A stretch of DNA of 64,000 nt from assembly GCA_964016885.1 (NCBI GenBank), contig OZ024765.1, positions 14,632,001 to 14,696,000 of the forward strand, in the 5' to 3' direction. Positions within the stretch are counted from its first letter, which is position 1. Each line of letters starts with the position of its first letter. Source of the stretch: Eledone cirrhosa. Lineage: Eukaryota. A program made the translations under genes and the position numbers. This document shows, piece by piece, positions 1-17,456 of the stretch. The notes under the pieces were generated by a model. The model did not search any database and was not told the DNA's origin. It saw only the letters and a list, made by a program, of their open reading frames with translations.

Positions 1-2540
<2,540 letters not shown>

Positions 2541-2740
2541 NNNNNNNNNNNNNNNNNNNNNNNNNNNNNNNNNNNNNNNNNNNNNNNNNNNNNNNNNNNN
2601 NNNNNNNNNNNNNNNNNNNNNNNNNNNNNNNNNNNNNNNNNNNNNNNNNNNNNNNNNNNNNNNNNNNNNNNNNNNNNNNNNNNNNNNNNNNNNNNNNNNN
2701 NNNNNNNNNNNNNNNNNNNNNNNNNNNNNNNNNNNNNNNN
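2541..2740. other. Scaffold gap (200 N)
   Basis: Run of exactly 200 N. Confidence 1.
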
Positions 2741-2771
2741 ATATAAATATATTATATATATATAAATATAT

Positions 2772-2823
<52 letters not shown>

Positions 2824-2928
2824 CATATATATATATACATATATATATATACATATATATATATACATATATATATATACATATATATATACATATATAT
2901 ATACATATATATATACATATATATATAC

Positions 2929-2994
<66 letters not shown>

Positions 2995-3010
2995 TTATAT
3001 ATATATAAAT

Positions 3011-3059
<49 letters not shown>

Positions 3060-3386
3060 AATATAAATATATATAAATATATATATATAAATATATATAT
3101 ATACGCATATGTATAAATATATATATATATGAAAATATATATATACACACATATATATAAATATATATATATATAAAGAGAGAGAGAGACAGAGATAGAT
3201 ATATAGATAGATACTTAGATGCCATAACAAGATGAAAGGATGCTTAAGGCATTTAAGAAGTACTTAGATTAATATTTCCTTTTTACATTTACTTCTCTCT
3301 CTCTCTCTCTTTTTCTTTTTCTGACCTTTCCTTTTCCCTTCGTTTTTAAGTTAACCACGTATGCATAGGCCCCCACCTCCGAACAG

Positions 3387-3420
<34 letters not shown>

Positions 3421-3424
3421 GTAC

Positions 3425-3463
<39 letters not shown>

Positions 3464-3661
3464 GTACTATAAATATATATATATATACATATATATATAT
3501 ACGTACTATAAATATATATATATATACATATATATATATACGTACTATAAATATATATATATATGTTTATATATATATACGTGTATATATATGTGTGTGT
3601 GGGTGTGTGTGAATACATATATATATATATATATATATAATAAATATATATATTTATATAT

Positions 3662-3693
<32 letters not shown>

Positions 3694-3852
3694 TAACTTA
3701 TGTATACAGTATATATACATACATACTATAAATGTATATATACGTTTATATATATATATATATATATATTAACTTATGTATACAGTATATATACATACAT
3801 ACTATAAATGTATATATACGTTTATATATATATATATATATACGTACTATAA

Positions 3853-3883
<31 letters not shown>

Positions 3884-3930
3884 CGTACTATAAATATATA
3901 TATATATATGTTTATATATATATATACGTG

Positions 3931-3968
<38 letters not shown>

Positions 3969-3969
3969 A

Positions 3970-4003
<34 letters not shown>

Positions 4004-4057
4004 AATATATATATTTATATATATATATATATAAATATATATATAGTATATATATAG

Positions 4058-4106
<49 letters not shown>

Positions 4107-4466
4107 CTTATGTATACACTATATATACATACATACTATAAATGTATATATACGTTTATATATATATATATATATATATACACTCACAAATATATATATG
4201 TGGATGTCTAATTTATATATATCCAATTACAGCTGTAAAAATGCCATTATAGATGCTTGTGTGCATGCATATATAAGATTACATGGCGTATTTTCTCATA
4301 CTATTACACATCTAATGAAATGTTTGGTTCTACCGTCTGCATGATTTGTTTTCAGGCCTTACTTGGTATATAGGCTGGTATATATATGTGGAAAAACTTC
4401 GATCACACACATCCTCTTGCCTGCCAGCTTCTTATATATATGTATATATATATATATATGTATATA

Positions 4467-4565
<99 letters not shown>

Positions 4566-4670
4566 GTATATGTATATGTATATATATATATATGTAAATG
4601 TATATATATATATGTATATATATATATATGTATATATATATATGTATATATATATATGTATATATATATG

Positions 4671-4783
<113 letters not shown>

Positions 4784-4802
4784 GTATATGTATATATATA
4801 TG

Positions 4803-4851
<49 letters not shown>

Positions 4852-4928
4852 GTATATATATATGTATATATATGTATATGTATATATATATGTATATATA
4901 TATGTATATATATATGTATATATATATG

Positions 4929-4963
<35 letters not shown>

Positions 4964-5096
4964 GTATATATATATGTATATATATATATATGTATATATA
5001 TATGTATATATATATGTATATATATATATATGTATATATATATGTATATATATATATATGTATATATATATGTATATATATATGTATATATATATG

Positions 5097-5167
<71 letters not shown>

Positions 5168-5285
5168 GTATATTTATATATATAGGTATATATATATATA
5201 TACATATATGTATATATATATTTATATATATAGGTATATATATATATATACATATATGTATATATATATAGGTATATATATATAC

Positions 5286-5316
<31 letters not shown>

Positions 5317-5338
5317 TATATATATAGGTATATATATA

Positions 5339-5626
5339 TAGAAAGGATGAATATAAAATGAAAGTGCTTTTGTTAAAAAGGAATTTATTAGGTATTGACA
5401 TATGTTTCTGTAACAGACCGAATACCTATGTATCGCTGCTTGCGTTTATCCAAAATCTCTGAAGAAGTGACAACTGATTATACATTTGCTCTCGAATACT
5501 TGCTAACATTATATGATTACGCAAGCAGCGATACATAGGTATTCGGTCTGTTACAGAAACATATGTCAATACCTAATAAATTCCTTTTTTAACAAAAGCA
5601 CTTTCATTTTATATTCATCCTTTCTA
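5339..5626. repeat. Foldback inverted repeat, ~107-bp arms
   Basis: 5339-5445 is the reverse complement of 5519-5626 apart from one homopolymer difference; the spacer has CTGAAGA (5459) and a degenerate GAATAC, possibly a decayed HHR. Confidence 0.9.
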
Positions 5627-5727
5627 CATTTCTCCGGAATATAATTTATACTCGTTGAGCAAACCTGCACGTACGCTGTTCATCTCTAACGTAACGATAT
5701 ATTATCACTACATTATTGATAACCTGA

Positions 5728-5828
<101 letters not shown>

Positions 5829-5834
5829 TATATG

Positions 5835-5872
<38 letters not shown>

Positions 5873-5878
5873 TATATG

Positions 5879-5916
<38 letters not shown>

Positions 5917-5948
5917 TATATGTATATATATATATATATATACATATA

Positions 5949-6006
<58 letters not shown>

Positions 6007-6024
6007 TATATATATATACATATA

Positions 6025-6343
<319 letters not shown>

Positions 6344-6410
6344 GTATATATATATATATAAATACACATATATATATATATTCATATATATATATATATA
6401 CATATATGTA

Positions 6411-6443
<33 letters not shown>

Positions 6444-6543
6444 TCATATATATATACATATATATATACACATATATATGTACATATATACACATATATA
6501 TATATGTATATATATATATGTATATATATACATATATATATAC

Positions 6544-6575
<32 letters not shown>

Positions 6576-7059
6576 TCATATATATATACATATATATATA
6601 CACATATATATGTACATATATACACATATATATATATGTATATATATATATGTATATATATACATATATATATACATATATATATATATATACATATATA
6701 TACATATATATATATATATACATATATATACATATATATATATATATACATATATATACATATATACATATATATACATATATATACATATATACATATA
6801 TATACATATATATACATATATATATATATATATACATGTATATATATACATATATATATATATATACATGTATATATATACATATACATGTATATATATA
6901 CATATACATGTAATATATATACATATACATGTATATATATACATATATACATGTATATATATACATATATATACATATATATACATATACATATATATAT
7001 ATATATAAATGAAATATATGAGATGTGAGAAAAACCATAGAACCTCCATCTCAATTCTA

Positions 7060-7093
7060 CTTTTGAAAAGCAAGAACTGCGAAACCGGTAAAG
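7060..7093 (+). ncRNA. Minimal type I HHR-like motif, U3-A8 core variant, in a repeat shared with 42695-42835
   Basis: CTT-TTGAAAA-GCA(AGAAC)TGC-GAAAC-CG-GTA-AAG; palindromic stem III ACCGGT. Confidence 0.6.
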
Positions 7094-7367
7094 GAACCTA
7101 ATAAATATATATTTTTATAAAATAAGACTCCAGTTGCATTTTTGATTTCATCTTTTTTCCTCATACTATCACTCGTGTAGGACACCTCGTTTTTTATTCA
7201 TTTTGTAAAAAAAACCTCACTTTCTAATAATATATATATACATATATATATATATATAACGAAGGAAATGTGGTAAGGAACCAGGTGGACCATAACGCAC
7301 CAAAATACTCGAAACGGCTTGAGCTCAGCCGTCGGGGTCCTACTCGTTCCTATTACACACTCTACTA

Positions 7368-7436
<69 letters not shown>

Positions 7437-7499
7437 TATACGTATGTGTGTGTGTGTGTCTTTTACGTAGAAATCGTGCAAAACAATTTCAAAAACGAA

Positions 7500-7544
<45 letters not shown>

Positions 7545-7547
<3 letters not shown>

Positions 7548-8165
7548 GAGGAGGTTATAGGTCACTTGAAGCATTGTGTAATGAGGTATAAACGTTTGTA
7601 TATGTATAATAAAGCGAAAACAATGGAAGTATGGACATAGAATAAAGAATGCAAATGCAAAAGATATTGTTGATAATTAGTCTTTTACCTTAGATTTATT
7701 CAAATGTCCTTAATTTTCGAGATAATATCTCTTCTTCGGAGGGAAGTAAAGCGGTTAAACCAGTGTTCTAAATAGCTTGCCAAGTCATGCTGACAGGAAA
7801 TGGTATAGAGTATCTGTTCTATCTCTAAAAAAAAAATCCTTTTAAAGCGAGACTACTCTTTATCCACCTAACCTTAACTCTTTGACATTAGAGATAGAAC
7901 AGATACTCTATACCATTTCCTGTCAGCATGACTTGGCAAGGTATTTAGAACACTGGTTTAACCGCTTTACTTCCCTCCGAAGAAGACATATTATCTCGAA
8001 AATTAAGGACATTTAAATAAATCTAAGATAAAAGACTAATTGTCAACAATATTTTTGCATTTGTATTCTTTATTCTATGTCCATACCTGGATTGTTTTGG
8101 CTTTATTATACTATACAAACGTTTATACCTCATTACACAATGCTTTAAGTGAACTATAACTTCCT

Positions 8166-8168
<3 letters not shown>
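7545..8168. mobile_element. Foldback PLE-like element, ~280-bp arms, HHR-like motif in each arm
   Basis: 7545-7828 is the reverse complement of 7888-8168; both outer ends abut (TA)n; motif CCT-CCGAAGA-A-GASAT(ATT)ATCTC-GAAA-AT-TA-AGG at 7974-8008 (+) and 7708-7742 (-). A short 3' stub of this family is at ~63359-63392. Confidence 0.75.
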
Positions 8169-8228
<60 letters not shown>

Positions 8229-8285
8229 TATACATATATATACATATATATATATAAACATATACGTATATATGTATATATACAC

Positions 8286-8316
<31 letters not shown>

Positions 8317-8631
8317 AACATATACGTATATATGTATATATATATACATATATATACATATATATATATATATAAACATATACGTACATATGTATATATA
8401 TACATATATATACATATATATATATATATATAAACATATACGTACATATGTATATATATACATATATATACATATATATATATATATAAACATATACGTA
8501 CATATGTATATATATACATATATATACATATATATATATATATAAACATATACGTATATATGTATATATATATACATATATATACATATATATATATATA
8601 TAAACATATACGTATATATGTATATATATAC

Positions 8632-8663
<32 letters not shown>

Positions 8664-8698
8664 TTACATATATATATATATTTACATATATAAATACA

Positions 8699-8731
<33 letters not shown>

Positions 8732-8839
8732 TTACATATATAAATACATATATAAACACATATATATATACATATATATATATTTACATATATAAACACA
8801 TATATATATACATATATATATATATACATATATAAACAC

Positions 8840-8871
<32 letters not shown>

Positions 8872-8887
8872 TTACATATATAAACAC

Positions 8888-8919
<32 letters not shown>

Positions 8920-8963
8920 TTACATATATAAACACATATATATATATATACATATATAAACAC

Positions 8964-8994
<31 letters not shown>

Positions 8995-9011
8995 CTTACA
9001 TATATAAACAC

Positions 9012-9042
<31 letters not shown>

Positions 9043-9107
9043 CTTACATATATAAACACACATATATATATATATACATATATATATATACTTACATATA
9101 TAAACAC

Positions 9108-9138
<31 letters not shown>

Positions 9139-9155
9139 CTTACATATATAAACAC

Positions 9156-9253
<98 letters not shown>

Positions 9254-9263
9254 ATACATATAC

Positions 9264-9295
<32 letters not shown>

Positions 9296-9317
9296 ATACA
9301 TATACATATATATATAC

Positions 9318-9426
<109 letters not shown>

Positions 9427-9439
9427 CATATATATATAC

Positions 9440-9470
<31 letters not shown>

Positions 9471-9509
9471 CATATATATATACATATATATATATACATA
9501 TATATATAC

Positions 9510-9570
<61 letters not shown>

Positions 9571-9571
9571 T

Positions 9572-12500
9572 ACTATCACCCCACTGCACAAACTCCCATT
9601 GCTGCCATTAACAAACAAACAAATTAACAACACACCAAAACAATTAAAACCATCCACTCTCGCCTCTACATTTTTGCTTAACGCCCAAGGCATCAGCCCT
9701 TCCACCAATACTCAAAAATGGAAGATCAAATTCCTGGAGGACTGGATTGATGTCCATCCAAACCACATCCCTTTCTTCGTCCTCACTGAAACCCATCTCA
9801 GTAACCTCCACTTGGAAGCCGAGGTGAAAGTGAAAAATTTCAAAGCCATCCGTGCTGATCGCGCTGGCAGAAGAAAGGGCGGAACTGCCATTTATGTCCA
9901 TAATTCTTTCTCAACAGAGGCTATGAACATATTCACTAATGGATACTGTGAGGCAGTCACTGTATTCAGTCAAACCAACAACCTATTAGTAGTTGGGCTC
10001 TATAGGCCACCCCAAACGCCTGTACCATGCTTCAAGGAATGCCTCAACAGCATAAAGTGTTTCATCCAAGAGTGTCACCCTGACAACATCTTAATGATGG
10101 GGGACTTCAACCTCCCCGGAGTTGACTGGTCCACAAACACCCTGCCACCAGGTTCTTCTGCCTCAACCTCTGACAGGGAAGCTGTGGAATCGCTTCTTGA
10201 CTTCATGGATGATTTCTTCCTATCCCAACTAGTGCTCGAACCAACGAGGTGCCACAAAAACGTCCTAGACTTAATTTTCAGCAATCACACTGACAATATC
10301 CACAATATTGCAGTGGAGAAAACTCTACTCTCTGATCATGACATGGTTCTCTGTGATCTGAGATTCCACCGTCCAATATACAAACCCAATGTCATTTCTC
10401 CTGTCCATCCGTTTGACGCTATGGATTTCCACAATGCAAACTGGGAAGCGATCAGTCATGATCTTGCACATGTCGACTGGTCCTTCACGCACACTCATAC
10501 ACCCACTAACATCAAAAAGTCCTGGCAGACATTTGTGGACACTGTTACAAACATATGTGCTAAACACACCCCATTAAGAACTATAAACAAATCTAAGAGC
10601 AGAATCCCTAGAAATAGAAAAACACTCATCAGAAAAATTAAGAGAACGAACAAAAAAATCAACAAGCTGAAATACTGTCAGCAGCAACACATCAACTTGA
10701 CTGCCATTTCATCACTAGAGATTAAAAAACATAACCTCCAAAACAACATAATGTCCCTCATCAACAATCAGAGAAGAGCTGAAGAGGCCTGGGCCATTGA
10801 GAAGATCAAACTCAATCCCAAAGTGTTCTTTTCATTTGCAAAAAAACACAAAATCACTGGCTCTACTGTTGGCCCTCTAATTGATGAAAATGGCACTCTT
10901 CAAGACAATGCTAAAACCATGGGTGAGATACTGCAGAAACAATACTGCTCTGTTTTCAGCAATCCTGATATGGCCGATCTGGGCTGTATCGGCGATGTTA
11001 CTCCCCATTACACCTTATCGGACATAACGTTTGGCGCCCCTGATGTCTTGGCGGCAATAAAGGAAATCAAGCATAATTCAGCAGTAGGTCCCGATAGGTT
11101 CCCTGCTTGTGTCTTGAAGGCGTGTCAACACCAACTTGCTTCTCCTCTTGCCAATCTGTGGCGGAACTCACTGGATGCTGGATATGTGCCAGAAAACCTT
11201 CTATCCCAGTCTGTTGTCCCAGTTTTCAAAAAGGGAAACAAATCCCTTGCCGTGAATTACCGTCCAATCTCACTCACCTCTCATATCATTAAGGTATTTG
11301 AGCGAGTGGTGAGATCGCGAATGACCCACTTCCTTGAGAGTAACAATATGCTGAACTCCAACCAGCATGGATTCCGTAATGGAAGGGATTGCCTGACGCA
11401 ACTACTGCATCACTTTGATGACATTTTGAGAGCCTTGGGAGAGGGTTCCAACACTGATGTTATCTACCTTGATTTCAGCAAGGCCTTTGACAGGGTTGAT
11501 CATAACATTCTACTGAGAAAGCTGTCCAATATTGGTGTCACTGGAAAGCTGCTGCAGTGGATCAAGAGCTTCCTGTCAAACAGAACCCAACATGTTGTAG
11601 TTGAGGGAGTCAAATCAAGCCCAGCCAAAGTCAGTAGTGGAGTCCCACAAGGCACTGTGTTGGGCCCACTTCTCTTCATCATCTATATTAATGACATCAC
11701 TGACATCATCAAACACAGCAACATTAAAATTTTCGCTGATGATTCCAAGCTCCAAAAGGTCATCAATGGCGTGGATGACCGGATAAGCCTTCAGTCAGAC
11801 CTACTGGCTGTTACCCAATGGGCAGAAAAGAACAACATGTTACTGAACGAAGACAAATTCGAACTGATCCACTTTGGAAAAGAGGATGCTCTGAAACTCC
11901 CGTACTCCCTTCCCTCCGGGGAAACTCTCGTGGCATCTAACAACATCAGAGACTTGGGAGTAACCGTGGACAGCAACATAAGCTGGACCACGCATATAAG
12001 CAGCAAAGTTGACATGGCCCGCAGAATGTGTTCCTGGATCCTCAGAACCTTCCAGTCGAGAGATTCCCGCACCATTATCCTTCTCTTCTCTACTTTCGCC
12101 CGACCACACCTTGAATACTGTTGTCCACTGTGGTCTCCCCACACGAAACAAAGTATCATGAAACTTGAAGCTCCTCAAAGGGCAATCACGAAAAAGATAG
12201 ATGGCATGTCAGACCTTGACTACTGGGGTCGATTGGAAAACCTGAAACTTTACTCACTCCAACGTCGCCGTGAGCGTTATATTATCTGCATGATGTGGAA
12301 AATGTTCCATCATCACTGCCCAAATGATGTTGGCATCGCCTTCAAGATACACCCAAGGCTTGGGCCCCGTGCTATCCGTCCCATTCAAAAATCTAAATCG
12401 CAACTCATAACAACAATACGGCACAATTATTTCACCTCAATCGGCCCTGCTCTCTTCAACATCACACCAGGACACGTCAAAACAGAAACTGACCACACAA

Positions 12501-12696
12501 AATTCAAGAAGTCTTTGGACAAATTCCTCCAAGTAATCCCGGACAAACCACCCACACCCGGATATGTCTCCGCAAACAGTAATTCTCTTCTCGAATGGGC
12601 CATGGTGCCCAAATCCTGAATTGAAAGACTTCGCCAGGTGGTGCTATTAAGTTAGACATGGCCTGGGCCAATACTGGCCAAAACATTTCAAAGTTA
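9572..12696 (+). mobile_element. Non-LTR retrotransposon (LINE, CR1-group-like), 5'-truncated, inserted in (TA)n
   Basis: Uninterrupted APE+RT ORF, ~77-bp 3' UTR with a GGCCA-ATAC-TGGCC stem-loop, (TA)n on both sides, no ORF1 or 5' UTR. Confidence 0.95.
9599..12619 (+). CDS. LINE ORF2: AP-like endonuclease plus reverse transcriptase (1006 aa, no ATG start)
   Basis: APE motifs LNAQG, LTETHL, GGTAIYV, LYRPP, GDFN, LDLIF, SDH; RT motifs [49 protein letters not shown]. The frame is open back to the 5' junction at 9572. Confidence 0.95.
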   Translation: MLPLTNKQINNTPKQLKPSTLASTFLLNAQGISPSTNTQKWKIKFLEDWIDVHPNHIPFFVLTETHLSNLHLEAEVKVKNFKAIRADRAGRRKGGTAIYVHNSFSTEAMNIFTNGYCEAVTVFSQTNNLLVVGLYRPPQTPVPCFKECLNSIKCFIQECHPDNILMMGDFNLPGVDWSTNTLPPGSSASTSDREAVESLLDFMDDFFLSQLVLEPTRCHKNVLDLIFSNHTDNIHNIAVEKTLLSDHDMVLCDLRFHRPIYKPNVISPVHPFDAMDFHNANWEAISHDLAHVDWSFTHTHTPTNIKKSWQTFVDTVTNICAKHTPLRTINKSKSRIPRNRKTLIRKIKRTNKKINKLKYCQQQHINLTAISSLEIKKHNLQNNIMSLINNQRRAEEAWAIEKIKLNPKVFFSFAKKHKITGSTVGPLIDENGTLQDNAKTMGEILQKQYCSVFSNPDMADLGCIGDVTPHYTLSDITFGAPDVLAAIKEIKHNSAVGPDRFPACVLKACQHQLASPLANLWRNSLDAGYVPENLLSQSVVPVFKKGNKSLAVNYRPISLTSHIIKVFERVVRSRMTHFLESNNMLNSNQHGFRNGRDCLTQLLHHFDDILRALGEGSNTDVIYLDFSKAFDRVDHNILLRKLSNIGVTGKLLQWIKSFLSNRTQHVVVEGVKSSPAKVSSGVPQGTVLGPLLFIIYINDITDIIKHSNIKIFADDSKLQKVINGVDDRISLQSDLLAVTQWAEKNNMLLNEDKFELIHFGKEDALKLPYSLPSGETLVASNNIRDLGVTVDSNISWTTHISSKVDMARRMCSWILRTFQSRDSRTIILLFSTFARPHLEYCCPLWSPHTKQSIMKLEAPQRAITKKIDGMSDLDYWGRLENLKLYSLQRRRERYIICMMWKMFHHHCPNDVGIAFKIHPRLGPRAIRPIQKSKSQLITTIRHNYFTSIGPALFNITPGHVKTETDHTKFKKSLDKFLQVIPDKPPTPGYVSANSNSLLEWAMVPKS

Positions 12697-12739
12697 CATA
12701 TATATATATATATATATATTTACATATATATATATATTT

Positions 12740-12810
<71 letters not shown>

Positions 12811-13028
12811 TCCGTGTGTGCCTCACTGTATGTGCGTATATGTCAGTGTATGTGTGAGTAGGTGTAGAAGTCTTTGTTGCGCGCATGTCTACACATGCAA
12901 GTGATTATCTGTTATCTCATCGCATGTAACTGACAGATTTCCTTTGTTCATACATAGATACATACTTATAAATATATATATATATATATATATGCATACA
13001 CAGACACATACACATACACACACACACA

Positions 13029-13068
<40 letters not shown>

Positions 13069-13231
13069 TCATGTATGTATGTCGGAGTTGACAGGTTCAG
13101 TAGTTCAGAGACAAAATATATAAATATATAAATATATATACACATCTATATTGCTATATATTATATATATGAATAATATGACATATACACGCACACACAC
13201 ACACATATAAACATATACATACGTATATATA

Positions 13232-13264
<33 letters not shown>

Positions 13265-13269
13265 TTATA

Positions 13270-13312
<43 letters not shown>

Positions 13313-13570
13313 GTATATATATATTTATATATATGTATATGTATATATATATACACACACAAACACACACACATATAAACATATACATACGTATATATAT
13401 ATACATATATATATATATTTATATATATGTATATATATATTTATTTATATATATGTATATATATATATATATTTAGATATATGTATATATATATATATTT
13501 ATATATATGTATATATATATATATTTATATATATGTCTATGTATATATATATATATACACATATATATAT

Positions 13571-13605
<35 letters not shown>

Positions 13606-13683
13606 CCTGAAGCACCACCTGTCTGAAGAGTAAAAAAAAAAACCACATCACCAGAAAGTTAATTGGAAAGGAAATTAAAGTTA

Positions 13684-13747
<64 letters not shown>

Positions 13748-14184
13748 TGATAATGATAATAATTAATCAATAATGAATATATAAAATATAACAATGGACT
13801 TGGAATTGAAAGAAATGTCTTATATTCGACAATGGTAGCAACAACAACAACAATAACAACAACAGCAACAACAACAACAGAGACGACGACAACAACAACA
13901 ACAACAGCAACAACAGAGACGACGACAACAATAACAACAGTAACAACAACAGAGACGACGACAACAACAACAACAACAGAGACGACGACAACAATAACAC
14001 CAGCAACAACAACAGAGACGACAAAAACAATAATGACAACAACAACGATAACAACAACAACCACAACAACAACAGCAACAGCAACAGCAACCACAACAGC
14101 AACAACAACAACAACAACAACGACGACGACAACGACAACTGTATTAAGCACAACAACAACAGCAATAACTACAATATATATATT

Positions 14185-14449
14185 TATATAACAGTTATTA
14201 CAACAGGCAGAGGCCTGACGGGCTTCTGATTTACAGAGTCGTGCCGAATCGATACAGATCGAACCTAGAGCTGATAAATAGCGAAACGTGCGTCACCAAT
14301 CAAATAAACGTAATAAAAAAGGCTTAACAAATCAGAGACATGAGGGCGACCGACTATTTAGCAGCTTCTACCTCAGCCTGTATCGAACTGGCACGACTCT
14401 GGAATCAGAAGCTCGTCAGAGCTCTGCCTGTTGTAATAACTGTTATATA
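14185..14449. repeat. Diverged foldback (~75-bp arms) with a degenerate HHR in the spacer
   Basis: 14185-14259 vs ~14377-14449 inverted; spacer has GCT(GATAAAT)AGC-GAAAC-GTGC-GTC (14270-14294) with a damaged CTGANGA; 15280-15327 is an inverted copy of 14326-14369. Confidence 0.7.
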
Positions 14450-14589
14450 CCTCCGGAGATACGCCTTCTCCATTCTGTCCGCCGGGGCTGTGGGTGGGCC
14501 CCATCGCGTACCAATACATTAGTTAAATACCATTCTTTCATCGTTACAACTTATAGCCACATTAATGACGTATTATCTATATGTACGTT

Positions 14590-14768
14590 GGATTGGCAGT
14601 ATCGGTAGAGGGTCGGACGCCATGCTTTCCAGCATAGTTACGTCCCTTTACCATCTGAGTTCAAATCCCGCCGAGGTTGACTTTGCCTTTCATCCTTACG
14701 GGGTCGATAAAATAAAGTACCAGTAATGCACTGGTAATTGCTGGCCTTGTGCCTAAAGTAGAAACAAT
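14590..14768 (+). mobile_element. tRNA-derived SINE, octopus-type family (copy with TSD)
   Basis: B box GAGTTCAAATCCC, body GACTTTGCCTTTCATCCTTACGGGGTCGATAAAATAAAGTACCAG; flanked by ATTATCTATATGTACGTT (14572-14589 and 14767-14784). Confidence 0.85.
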
Positions 14769-14784
14769 TATCTATATGTACGTT

Positions 14785-15086
14785 TTTATGAAAGGTGGGT
14801 GAAAGTGGCGAGAATGGCCCGTGTGAATGGGCCTTCTCTCTACATCAGCCTGTAGGTGGAAAAGAGGAAGGAACGAGGGAGCACCCTCTCTCTCTGTGCT
14901 CCTGAGGAGAAGGAGTTGCACACTTTTTTCGGGGGTGTGTGCGACCCCCCAAATGCCCCCTCCCCATTGAGGACTTTATTGTTAATTTTATATTTGTTAT
15001 TTGTTTTCTTTACTCGCCTTTTTGTGTAAACACCCCCTTTGTATTTGTCCCCTTCTTTTGCGCCCTAGTGGCAATAAATAGAAATC
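14785..15086 (+). mobile_element. L1/Tx1-like LINE 3' end
   Basis: Encodes FYERWVKVARMARVNGPSLYISL*, identical to the end of the ORF at 43142-43465, then a 3' UTR with AATAAA. Confidence 0.75.
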
Positions 15087-15327
15087 TATCTATATGTACG
15101 TACGTATAAATATATAAATATGTGTACATACATATATATATATGTATATACTTATGTACATACGTCTAAATATATATATTGTAGTTATTGCCGTTGTTGT
15201 TGTGCTTCATACAGTTGTCGTTGTTATTGTTGTTGTTATCGTTGTTGTTGTTATCGCTGTTGTTGTTGTTGTTGTGGTTGTAGAAGCTGCTAAATAGTCG
15301 GTCATCCCCTTGTCCCTGATTTTGTAA

Positions 15328-15379
<52 letters not shown>

Positions 15380-15416
15380 GTATATATATGTATATGTATA
15401 TATATATGTATATATG

Positions 15417-15450
<34 letters not shown>

Positions 15451-15544
15451 TATGTGTATATATATATATATATATATGTATATATGTGTATATAAATATG
15501 GTTATATGTGTATATATATATGTATATATATATATGTATATATA

Positions 15545-15912
15545 TATTTCGTTTCTGAATTCGTTTAGCAAGATTCTTTATCTGAAAACGTGTGTTGAAA
15601 CCGATATTGTTATGCTTTGGGAGGATCATGTTGCCAATAACACAACATACACGAAACCAAGATGGCGTAGGACAGAACAAAGGAGAGGCACAAAAACAAA
15701 GAAAAGAATCCACAGTCACTGACGAGGTCACAGAATGTGTGACGAAAAGAACTTTGAGAATATATGAACAATCGTCTGGTTGTGGAACCAACCAACAAAT
15801 CGGAAATTCATATATTCTTAAATTTATAAATTTAATTCATAATAAATTGAAGTGAAGCAACTGGTGCGTGTGTTTCTTTTGGCAACATGACCCTCCCAAA
15901 GCATAACAATAT
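15545..15912. mobile_element. Foldback element with an HHR in the spacer
   Basis: Arms 15604-15637 and 15879-15912; related pieces at 32682-32760 (-) and ~48644-48670. Confidence 0.65.
15716..15757 (+). ncRNA. Minimal type I HHR motif
   Basis: TCA-CTGACGA-G-GTCACA(GAATG)TGTGAC-GAAA-AGAAC-TT-TGA; sister motif at 62986-63027. Confidence 0.65.
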
Positions 15913-16011
15913 ATATATATATATATATGTATATGTATATATATGAATATGTATATATATGTATATATATGTATATATATATATATGTATATATATGTAT
16001 ATATATATATG

Positions 16012-16060
<49 letters not shown>

Positions 16061-16322
16061 GTATATATATATGTATATATATATGTATAGATATATAGAT
16101 ATATATGTATGTATATATATATATATATGTGTGTGTGTGAGTGTATATTTATCAACATCTGTCTGTATGTGTCCGCATGTGTTTATATATCTATCTATAT
16201 ATATATATATAAACATTTATATATACATACACACACACATATATATGTGTGTGTGTATAGATCATTGTATATATGCATGTGACTTCCTTACTGTGCATGT
16301 GTGTCCGTGTGTCGGCGCGTCC

Positions 16323-16389
<67 letters not shown>

Positions 16390-16614
16390 CGTGTGTGTCT
16401 AGGTGAGTTCTTGAGTGTGCATCTCTCTTTCTTTCTCTCCCCTCTCTCTCTATCTCCCCCAATCTCTCTCTCGATCCCCCTCTCTCTATCTCACACTCTC
16501 TCTCCCTCCCTCTATCTCTATCTGCCCCTCCCTCTCGCTTTAGCAGGAAATTTGATCAAGACATTGAAAAATTAGAAGAAACTTAATAATTCTGACAATA
16601 ATTTGATCAAAGTT

Positions 16615-17270
16615 TTTGAAGGCAGTTCTATTATATTGTTGTGGCGGTAGTGGTGGTGTTGGTGGTGGTGGTCGTGGTCGTTGTGGTGGTGTTGGTGTTG
16701 GTGGTTGTGGTGGTGGTGGTGGTTGTTGTTGTTGTTATTGTGGTGGTGGTGGATGTTGGTGGTGGTTGTGGTGGTTGTTGTTGTTGTTGTGGTGGTGGTG
16801 GTGGTAAAGGCAGTTCTATTATATTGTTGTTGTTGTTGGTGGTGGTGGTTGTGGTGGTTGTGGTGGTGGTGGTGTTGGTGCTGGTGGTGGTGAAGGCAGT
16901 TCTATTATATTGTTGTGGCGGTAGTGGTGGTGGTGGTGGTGTTGGTGTTGGTGGTGGTGGTGGTCGTGGTGGTTGTGGTTGTTTTGGTGGTGGTTGTGGT
17001 GGTGGTGTTGGTGGTGGTGGTGGTAGTGGTGATGGTGTTAGTTTTGGTGTTGGTGGTGGTGGTGGTGGTGGTGGTGGTGGTTGTTGTTGTTGTTGTGCTG
17101 GTGGTGGTGGTTGTTGTGGTGGTGGTGGTGTTGGTGTTGGTGCTGGTGTAGGCATTTCTATTATGTTGTTGTTGGTGTTGTTGTTGTTGTTGTTGGTGGT
17201 GGTGGTGAAGGCACTTCTATTATATTGTTGGTGGCTATAGATAGTGTTGTTGTTGTTGTTGTTGTTGTTG
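16615..17270. repeat. (GGT/GTT)n low-complexity array with recurring AAGGCAGTTCTATTATATTGTTG unit
   Basis: Unit recurs at ~16619, 16806, 16893 and, degenerate, at 17150 and 17208. Confidence 0.8.
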
Positions 17271-17399
17271 AGGGTGGTGACAGTGTAGATGGTGACGTTG
17301 GGGTGTCAGTGGAGGGGTTGGTAGCTCAGCATGTTCGGCTGATTGACTAAAACGGACAAGTCTCTAAATAGCTCTCTGGTAATTTACTGCTGCAGCAGC

Positions 17400-17456
<57 letters not shown>

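Noticed and set aside
15580-15608. CTGAAAA...GAAACCGATA as another HHR
   Set aside because: C3-A8 mismatch and no convincing stem II or cleavage triplet.
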